From Candidatus Campbellbacteria bacterium (GTDB lineage Bacteria; Patescibacteriota; Minisyncoccia; Phycocordibacterales; UBA1006), in contig NZWR01000004.1 of NCBI GenBank assembly GCA_002698305.1, positions 4,347 to 68,346 on the forward strand: a stretch of 64,000 nucleotides of DNA, given 5' to 3'. Shown one piece after another: positions 57,485-64,000 of the stretch (its first letter is position 1; each line of letters begins with the position of its first letter). The translations under genes were made by a program, and so were the position numbers. The notes below the pieces were generated by a model that was given only the letters and a program-made list of their open reading frames with translations, had not been told where the DNA came from and ran no database searches.

Positions 57485-57551
57485 ACTAAAAATTTTAGAA
57501 CATAACGCGTTGCGTTATGTTCTTTAATTTTCTACGCCCAGAGGGACTCGA
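57465..57551. repeat. 87-nt near-perfect palindrome built on the 3' end of the tRNA(UAU)
   Basis: The 20-nt ttcgagtccctctgggcgta (57465-57484) recurs as a perfect inverted copy at 57532-57551. The centre is a 12-bp hairpin at 57496-57522. Confidence 0.9.
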
Positions 57552-57804
57552 AAAGAATGAAGCGGTATACAAGACGAGCGAAAGCGAGTGCTTGTCGCGA
57601 ACGCCCAGCCTAGGACGATGAGTGCTAAGACGAATCTTTGCACCACAGGAGTATTTCTAAAAATATATTCACTATGTTCATTATTTTTATGTCATTCTAG
57701 TCGTGAGCCATCGTGGTAGGTGAGTCTTCAAAAATAGAGCTTTCGCGGAAAAACACGTATGTGTTTTATCTGTGACCGAGTCCTTATTTATGCAAAAAAA
57801 AGAC

Positions 57805-59748
57805 CTACGCGGTCTTTTCTTCTTTTATTTTTGGTAATTCTTTTAGAGCTATACCATGCTTGGTCAATATTTCGTTATATTCTTTTTGTTCGAGTGTTTC
57901 TACTTTGATTAACGTTTCTGCAATCTCTACAAATGCATCATGGTATTCATTCAACACTTCTCGAGCTCGATTGAGACCTCTTTGAATAATCTTTGAAACT
58001 TCTGCATCAATCGTTTCAAGCATCTTTTCGCTACGATGATTACCTTCTACGCGATTACCAAACATTGTTTGTGCTGGTTTTCCGTCAACAACGATTGGAC
58101 CTATTTCAGATAACATTCCAAATTTCATCACCATATCACGAGCCGTTGCTGATACCACCTTCAAATCATTAGATGGACCTGTTGAGATATCACCATAGAT
58201 TTTTTCTTCTGCCGCGTATCCACCAAGCCCCATAGCAATATCATCCTCATAGGCTGATTTTGTTGGGAGTTTACGCTCATCAAGCGGCAGCTTCATGGTA
58301 AACCCTCCTGCTTTTGCTCGTGGAATAATAGTTACTTTGTGCACCGGATCAGCATCAGGTAATACCGATGCAACAATGGCGTGCCCTGCTTCGTGATAGG
58401 CTGTTTTCTTCTTCTCTTTTTCTCCTGCAAGGTGTGACTGGCGTTTTGGACCAATCATTACTTTTTCAAGCGCTTCAAGAAGGTCATCTTGATTAATAGT
58501 TTTTCTATCATGCAGTGCTGCAATAATTGCTCCTTCATTCATTAATGACTCTAGGTCAGCTCCAGAAAATCCAGCGGTTCGTTCAGCAATCGTTGTTAAA
58601 TTAACTGCATCAGCCAAAGGTTTTTTAGCTGCATGGATCTCTAGAATCTTTTTTCTATCGCGCCGGTCTGGTAAATCAAGCGTTACCCTTCGGTCAAAGC
58701 GACCAGGGCGCAGCAGTGCTGGATCAAGAACATCAGACCGATTGGTTGCTGCCATAACGATTAATTTTTCATTAGCCTCAAATCCATCCATTTCAACAAG
58801 GATTTGATTCAAGGTCTGTTCACGTTCATCGTTTCCCCCTCCGATTCCAACACCACGTGATCGTCCTACCGCATCAATTTCGTCAATAAAGATAATGGCT
58901 GGCGACATTTTTTTTGCCATCTTGAATAAATCACGCACACGTGATGCACCAACCCCAACAAACATTTCGACAAAATCTGAACCAGATAGGTAGAAAAATG
59001 GGACTTTTGCTTCACCAGCAACTGCTCGGGCCAGCATAGTCTTTCCTGTTCCTGGTCGCCCTGTCATTAATACTCCTTTTGGAATTTTTGCCCCCATTGA
59101 AATAAATTTCTTTGGGTTTTTCAAAAACTCAACCATTTCTTCGAGCTCTTTTTTGGCTTCTCTATTTCCAGCAACGTCCTTAAATGTAACGCGTTTTGCC
59201 TTGTTGTTTGGTAAAATGACGCGGGCTTTTGAGTTTCCAAAATTCATGGCCTTTCCATTCGTACCTTTTACCTGGCGCATAAAGAACCAAATAATAAAGA
59301 TAAGTCCTGCAAGTGGTAGCAAAAATGGAGCAAGTTGACCAAACCAATATCCAAACCCTGACGGCTCATCAATCTCAATATCTACTGTCTGCAAAGCCTC
59401 ATTGGTAACCCCATAGTTCACCAAAGACTCTGACAAAGCTGTGCCTACTTCTTTTTTAGATTCTTTAATAATTGGCTCTTGCCCTTCTTCTGCTGTTAAG
59501 GTAATTTCAAGATTTTCTCCTTTGACAAGTATTTTTTCAACCTGCCCTTCTGCAACAAGCATTGCTGTTTCAGAAATACTGATATTTATATCGTCATCTT
59601 GCGGTGCAAATGAATCAATCAATAAACTAAAAGCGAAAAAAATAATCAGACCCAACAATATCTGCATCGACAGATTTGGTCGTTGGTTTTTTCCTTTGGA
59701 TTTCTTCTTTTTTTTATTATTTCCAATTGGTTGTAATGGTAGTTTCAT
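57805..59748 (-). CDS. ftsH: ATP-dependent zinc metalloprotease FtsH
   Basis: Two N-terminal TM helices, AAA module [17 protein letters not shown] and zinc site HEAGHAI. The start is at ATG 59748, 7 nt after a TATAAT box. The track ORF extends to 59787. Confidence 0.95.
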   Translation of the reverse strand: MKLPLQPIGNNKKKKKSKGKNQRPNLSMQILLGLIIFFAFSLLIDSFAPQDDDINISISETAMLVAEGQVEKILVKGENLEITLTAEEGQEPIIKESKKEVGTALSESLVNYGVTNEALQTVDIEIDEPSGFGYWFGQLAPFLLPLAGLIFIIWFFMRQVKGTNGKAMNFGNSKARVILPNNKAKRVTFKDVAGNREAKKELEEMVEFLKNPKKFISMGAKIPKGVLMTGRPGTGKTMLARAVAGEAKVPFFYLSGSDFVEMFVGVGASRVRDLFKMAKKMSPAIIFIDEIDAVGRSRGVGIGGGNDEREQTLNQILVEMDGFEANEKLIVMAATNRSDVLDPALLRPGRFDRRVTLDLPDRRDRKKILEIHAAKKPLADAVNLTTIAERTAGFSGADLESLMNEGAIIAALHDRKTINQDDLLEALEKVMIGPKRQSHLAGEKEKKKTAYHEAGHAIVASVLPDADPVHKVTIIPRAKAGGFTMKLPLDERKLPTKSAYEDDIAMGLGGYAAEEKIYGDISTGPSNDLKVVSATARDMVMKFGMLSEIGPIVVDGKPAQTMFGNRVEGNHRSEKMLETIDAEVSKIIQRGLNRAREVLNEYHDAFVEIAETLIKVETLEQKEYNEILTKHGIALKELPKIKEEKTA

Positions 59749-59823
59749 AGTTTCGATTATAGCTATTCCCTGTGTACGTGCAATCAATATGGATGATGTT
59801 ATTAGTTTAGGTATACTACGAAT

Positions 59824-60267
59824 ATGAATTTACTCGTGAATAAAACCTTACGGCAAAAATATGAAGTGCTTGATACCTATGAATCGGGAATAAAACTCTC
59901 TGGCTGGGAGGTTAAAAGCTTGCGGCAAAAGCATGGCTCACTGAAAGAAGCCTATATTTCAGTTGATGCTGAGGTTTGGTTAAAAAACTGTTTTATTCCA
60001 ATATACCAACCTGGACACAAAGACCATGAAGGTCTTGATCCATATCAGCAAAGAAAATTGTTACTGAAGAATAAGGAAATTGAAAAAATATATGCACAGC
60101 AAAAACAACAAGGTCTCACTGTTGTACCTGTCCGCATCTATGAAAAAGAAAATCTTATTAAAATAGAAATTGCTGTAGCACGAGGGAAAAAATTGTATGA
60201 TAAGCGTAAAGATATGAGGGATAGAACAAGCAAAAGAGACGCCGAGCGAGCTGCAAAGAACTTTTGA
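59824..60267 (+). CDS. smpB: SsrA-binding protein SmpB
   Basis: 147 aa, YETGIKLSGWEVKSLR..IAVARGKKLYDKR. Confidence 0.92.
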   Translation: MNLLVNKTLRQKYEVLDTYESGIKLSGWEVKSLRQKHGSLKEAYISVDAEVWLKNCFIPIYQPGHKDHEGLDPYQQRKLLLKNKEIEKIYAQQKQQGLTVVPVRIYEKENLIKIEIAVARGKKLYDKRKDMRDRTSKRDAERAAKNF

Positions 60268-60286
60268 TTTTATTTTAATAAGATAC

Positions 60287-60314
60287 TTGACATATTAATT
60301 TTGAAGTGTATATT
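60287..60314 (+). promoter_or_regulatory. Strong sigma70-like promoter with no obvious gene
   Basis: TTGACA (60287-60292), 16 nt, TATATT (60309-60314). The next terminator is at 60446-60477. Confidence 0.45.
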
Positions 60315-60445
60315 TATGTTAATTCATTCACATATTGTTTATGAAGGAGGGTAATTCCTCAAAAAATAAAATAACTTAAATATCAGGAAATGAAAAAATA
60401 CCTGAGATCAAAATTTAACATCAAAAAGATCCCGAATTAAGGATT

Positions 60446-60477
60446 AAAACCATGTCTACACAACATGGTTTTATTTT
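60446..60477 (+). terminator. Rho-independent terminator
   Basis: aaccatgt-ctacaca-acatggtt followed by ttatttt. Confidence 0.6.
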
Positions 60478-60502
60478 ATATGAATGATTGCGTAGCTCCT
60501 TT

Positions 60503-60650
60503 AAACAGTTCTCAAAAAATTAACAAGTCTTGCAGCTATTTTTTATGCATCACGATGATATGTAGTTCTCCTTAACCTACCTCGACTACGCTCGAAGAGG
60601 TCTCAGACAGTCCGCAGGCCATACTTTATTCTCTTGTATGGTATTTTTAT
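60503..60650 (+). other. Possible decayed partial copy of the ssrA upstream/5' region, ending in a terminator
   Basis: AAACAGTTCTCAAAAAATT (60503-60521) matches AAACAATTCTCAAGAATT (60728-60745). Loosely collinear blocks ACAAGTCTTGCAGCTA, GTAGTTCTCCTTAAC and a hairpin follow. There is a terminator hairpin at 60619-60648. Confidence 0.3.
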
Positions 60651-60751
60651 TTGAGTATCATATATTACATAGCTCGCTCTGCCTGCTTCGCTGTCGCTCA
60701 GATTGGCAGTTACAGGCAACCGCGCTCAAACAATTCTCAAGAATTGTTTTC

Positions 60752-61130
60752 GGGGATGACAGGCTTCGCTAAGAAGATTGTTGTTCCTTAATTGCATATC
60801 GTGATTGACGCGATCACGTTAAACAGTGTCACTCCTTAAATGGAAAATCAATTGCTTCACCCTACAAGGTGAACACTCTAGCAATCGCGTAACAAACCTC
60901 GCGGCTAGTGCACCCTACCCTAATGTTCATACGGGGTAATGGTGTATCATAACCTTTGAACTAGATAGATAGAGCTTTCTCCTCTATCCACTCGAAGTAC
61001 AGAAGAATCGAGTAACTATCGCTTTTGTTTATCTTTTAGATAACTTGCTCTAAATAAATTAAGGTAGACTATATATGTAGACGTTAAGGGATTTCCTTTT
61101 TACACGGCGGTTCGATTCCGCCCATCTCCA
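60752..61130 (+). ncRNA. ssrA: tmRNA (SsrA), one-piece
   Basis: The 5' GGGGATG pairs with the 3' CATCTCC, including G3:U70. T-arm GGCGG-TTCGATT-CCGCC, discriminator A. The internal tag frame ends ..NTLAIA-TAA (stop 60890-60892). Adjacent to smpB. Confidence 0.85.
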
Positions 61131-61137
61131 CATCGGG

Positions 61138-61164
61138 AGAGCCATCTTCGGATGGTTCTTTTTT
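61138..61164 (+). terminator. Terminator after ssrA
   Basis: agagccatc-ttcg-gatggttct followed by a T-run. Confidence 0.7.
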
Positions 61165-61180
61165 AAGTTATACTATATAT

Positions 61181-61543
61181 ATGAAAAATTTTTTGAAAAA
61201 ATATTGGCCGTATATTATCATTGCAATTATTCTACTTCAGACATTGAGGTATAAATTTACTGCTCACCCTGAATCAGTCGCATTATTTACAGAACTATCC
61301 CTCTTTGGACAATCTGAAGCATATGGAAGAATTGGATCTGGTATCGTAGAACTTCTCGTAGCTATTGGCCTCTTTATTAGGCCATTGCGTCAGATTTCTC
61401 TCCTTGGTGTTGTTACTTTGATGGGTGGTGCATTATATTTCCATATTACAAAACTTGGATTTGAAGGAAACAACTTACCTCTTGCAATCTCAGCTGGAGT
61501 AGCATTAGTTTTAGCAACATATACATTGGCGCGTAAAAAATAG
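61181..61543 (+). CDS. DoxX-like membrane protein
   Basis: 120 aa with about 4 TM helices. LRYKFTAHPESVALFTEL..GRIGSGIVELLVAIGL. Confidence 0.5.
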   Translation: MKNFLKKYWPYIIIAIILLQTLRYKFTAHPESVALFTELSLFGQSEAYGRIGSGIVELLVAIGLFIRPLRQISLLGVVTLMGGALYFHITKLGFEGNNLPLAISAGVALVLATYTLARKK

Positions 61544-61655
61544 CATTATGCATGCTGTTTTTTTCTGTATTAATGATACATATATGCTAAAATGTACATG
61601 TATTACATAATACAACCTAAAAAATAATAGGTATTTATACATTAAAATAATTTAT

Positions 61656-62090
61656 ATGAAAAAATATTTAAAATTCTTGCCACAGGTATTATTTGCAGCG
61701 GGACTCCTCTTTATTGGAGCCATTGGAAAACTAACAGGGGCAGAACCTGCTGTTGCAATGTTTCAACAAATTAACTTGTTTGAACAAGGTGAAGCATTTG
61801 GGCGCATCCTTGTAGGTCTAACTCAGTTATTCGCAGCCATTGGTGTATTCTTTAGACCAACACGTAAAATTGCAGCGCTAGCTGGTATCGTCACCATGAT
61901 TGGTGCAATTTACTTCCACTTAACTCTTTTCGGTGGAACAATAATAATGCCAGTAATTGTTCTTCTTCTTGGCGCTTGGATTTTTATCAAAGGAGGGTGT
62001 GGATGCTGTGGTAATAAGTGTGGTTCAAAAAATTGCACAAGTGGAACGTGTTCAGTAGAAGAACCTGAATCACACGAATCTACAGAATAA
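61656..62090 (+). CDS. DoxX-like membrane protein paralog with a Cys-rich C-terminal tail
   Basis: 144 aa with the same fold pattern (GKLTGAEPAVAMFQQI..GRILVGLTQLFAAIGV), plus the tail KGGCGCCGNKCGSKNCTSGTCS. Confidence 0.5.
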   Translation: MKKYLKFLPQVLFAAGLLFIGAIGKLTGAEPAVAMFQQINLFEQGEAFGRILVGLTQLFAAIGVFFRPTRKIAALAGIVTMIGAIYFHLTLFGGTIIMPVIVLLLGAWIFIKGGCGCCGNKCGSKNCTSGTCSVEEPESHESTE

Positions 62091-62124
62091 TACAAAAATA
62101 AAACACCTATAGGTGTTTTATTTT

Positions 62125-64000
62125 TTATGAATTGATAACTTCCCAACCGGCATCAAGATAACTTTGCAATTTTTTCTTTTTTACGATTCGTTGTTCTCCT
62201 TTTTTGATAATTTTAACTGAATCAGCATCAAAAACTGGACTTTCTTCTTTGTTGTCGTTTTCTTGTTTTTGTTCTCGCTGATTTTTTACTTCAACATGTG
62301 CAAGTAGTTCTGCAACTTTATTAGTGAAGGTATCTCCCATTTCTTGATAAAGACGAAGTCCTTCTTTTTTGTATTCAACTAATGGATCACGTTGCGCATA
62401 AGCACGGAGGTTTACTGATTGCCGCGTATAGTCCATGACCTGTAAGTGCTGCATCCACAGCATATCGGTCACGTACAAACTGATTTGCACCAGTACATTT
62501 TCAAACTGCTCTTTGGTAAGCTCTTGTTTCTTAGCAGTTATCATCTCTGACCATTCGTCTTTGACGTTCATGACATCAGACTCAATTTCTTTTAGAATGT
62601 CCTGATCTCTGAATAATATCTTTTGGCGACGTTCGTAGACAGTATCTCGTTGATATGACAACACATTATCATAATCAAGCACTGATTTTCGGCCATCAAA
62701 ATGGAATCCTTCAACTTTTTCTTGGGCCCCTTCTAATTGACGCGAAATCATTTTATTTTGAATAGCCTCATCATCTTTCAAACCAAGAGTTTTCACAATA
62801 TTTTTGATGCGATCTCCTCCGAAAATTTTCATGATTGGATCGTCCATCGATACGTAAAACTGGGTTTCCCCTGCATCTCCCTGACGTCCAGCACGACCAC
62901 GTAACTGGTCATCAATACGACGCGCATCATGACGCTCGGTTCCAAGCACAAAGAGTCCACCAAGATCTTTTACTTCTTGTTCTTGCTCCGGGGTTGCTGG
63001 ATTTCCTCCGAGTTTGATATCTACCCCACGCCCTGCCATATTCGTAGCAATAACCACTGAACCAGGTTTTCCTGCTTGGGCAATAATTTCCCCTTCTCTT
63101 TCATGGTTTTTTGCATTTAATGCCTGATGAGGAACACCAAGTTGATTAAGGTATGCAGATAACAGCTCATTCTTTTCAACAGAAGCGGTACCAATCAACA
63201 CTGGTTGACCCTTTTTCTGTTTTTCTTTTACTTTTTGTGCAATTGCTTTGAATTTTGCTTCTTCGTTTTGGTAAATCAGGTCAGTTTCATCAATACGTTT
63301 GATTGGTCGGTGCGTCGGGATAACCACAACATCAAGCCCATATACCTTTTGAAATTCTTCTTCTGAAGATTTTCCAGTACCCGTCATACCAGAGAGTTTG
63401 GTATAGAATTTGAAATAATTCTGATAGGTAATTGATGCCATGGTCTTTGATTCTTGTTGAATAGGAACACGTTCTTTTGCCTCAAGTGCCTGGTGTAATC
63501 CGTCAGAATAGCGTCTCCCCTCTTGCAAGCGCCCAGTAAACTGATCAACAATAAGCACCTCATTATTTTGAATAACGTAATCCTTGTCACGTTTAAATAC
63601 CGCATGAGCACGCAGAGATGTTTCAAGGTGATGCACTAATTTAATATTATCTTGCGTATAAATATTTTTAATTTTTAAGAGTTTTTCTGCCTTGCTAATC
63701 CCCTCATCAGTAATTGAAACAGCTCGCAATTTTTCATCTACCGTGAAATCAACATCCCTCTTCATAGCTTTGGCAACATTATTCATGGCTGTATATAAGC
63801 CCTCAGCATTATCTGCAGCAGTAGAAAGAATCAATGGTACTCGGGCTTCGTCGATGAGGATCGAATCAACCTCATCTATAACGACATAATGATGATCTCG
63901 CTGAACCACATTTTCACGCCTTTGGGTTGTGTGGTCACGCAAATAATCAAAACCAAATTGATTATTGGTACCATAGGTAATATCACACTGGTATGATTCT
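62125..64000 (-). CDS. secA: Preprotein translocase ATPase SecA; N-terminus runs off the window
   Basis: VVIDEVDSILIDEARVPLILS, TNMAGRGVDIKLGG. The frame stays open upstream to the window edge (..ITYGTNNQFGFDYLRDH..), so the track's M at 63942 is internal. Confidence 0.93.
   Translation of the reverse strand, partial: ESYQCDITYGTNNQFGFDYLRDHTTQRRENVVQRDHHYVVIDEVDSILIDEARVPLILSTAADNAEGLYTAMNNVAKAMKRDVDFTVDEKLRAVSITDEGISKAEKLLKIKNIYTQDNIKLVHHLETSLRAHAVFKRDKDYVIQNNEVLIVDQFTGRLQEGRRYSDGLHQALEAKERVPIQQESKTMASITYQNYFKFYTKLSGMTGTGKSSEEEFQKVYGLDVVVIPTHRPIKRIDETDLIYQNEEAKFKAIAQKVKEKQKKGQPVLIGTASVEKNELLSAYLNQLGVPHQALNAKNHEREGEIIAQAGKPGSVVIATNMAGRGVDIKLGGNPATPEQEQEVKDLGGLFVLGTERHDARRIDDQLRGRAGRQGDAGETQFYVSMDDPIMKIFGGDRIKNIVKTLGLKDDEAIQNKMISRQLEGAQEKVEGFHFDGRKSVLDYDNVLSYQRDTVYERRQKILFRDQDILKEIESDVMNVKDEWSEMITAKKQELTKEQFENVLVQISLYVTDMLWMQHLQVMDYTRQSVNLRAYAQRDPLVEYKKEGLRLYQEMGDTFTNKVAELLAHVEVKNQREQKQENDNKEESPVFDADSVKIIKKGEQRIVKKKKLQSYLDAGWEVINS

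Noticed and set aside
57618-57626. GAGTGCTAA, identical to the right half of the CIRCE heat-shock operator.
   Set aside because: The left half (TTAGCACTC) is absent at the required 9-nt spacing on either strand, and no chaperone gene is adjacent. I treat it as a chance half-site.
60323-60445. Tiny ORFs behind the 60287 promoter (MKEGNSSKNKIT, MKKYLRSKFNIKKIPN).
   Set aside because: At 12 and 16 codons, with no family resemblance and no supporting start context, they cannot be supported as genes from sequence alone. The region is reported as a candidate sRNA unit instead.
1-64000. Alternative genetic code (UGA recoded, as in some candidate phyla).
   Set aside because: Conserved genes terminate at TGA at the expected length (e.g. 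smpB at 60265-60267 and the SBP gene at 28908-28910). No conserved protein requires read-through of TGA, so the standard bacterial code fits.

Overview
AT-rich, gene-dense 64-kb chromosomal segment. Intergenic spacers are tiny and most genes are information-processing housekeeping genes. The standard genetic code applies, because TGA is used as a stop (e.g. smpB and the 27288-28910 gene). By inference the gene content looks like a reduced-genome Patescibacteria/CPR-type bacterium. Supporting features: a short IF-2, a 4-domain S1, a secretin-less type IV pilus locus next to comF, membrane-anchored orphan solute-binding proteins, and many small VirB2/TrbC-like two-helix proteins. I support about 68 CDS, 12 canonical tRNAs, 1 aberrant tRNA-Ser-like element, tmRNA (ssrA) next to smpB, one frameshifted pseudogene, several in-frame coding tandem repeats and a set of rho-independent terminators. 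I saw no transposase, integrase, CRISPR array or rRNA. Items most worth a second look: (1) a six-paralog array of VirB2/TrbC-like pilin proteins (12010-17337), one fused to a roughly 330-aa extracellular domain, with no secretion ATPase in view; (2) a complete pilMNO-pilBTC-pilA-pilD-minor-pilin locus plus a distant degenerate pilin paralog; (3) a window-wide TATACT-like -10 box 6-8 nt upstream of start codons, with no Shine-Dalgarno motifs, suggesting leaderless mRNAs; (4) every CCA-less tRNA/tmRNA gene has C at position 74, and 9 of 11 have CA; (5) partial or decayed copies sit next to four tRNA-like genes (Trp, Ser, Ile-UAU, ssrA), and the tRNA(UAU) has a non-canonical anticodon loop.
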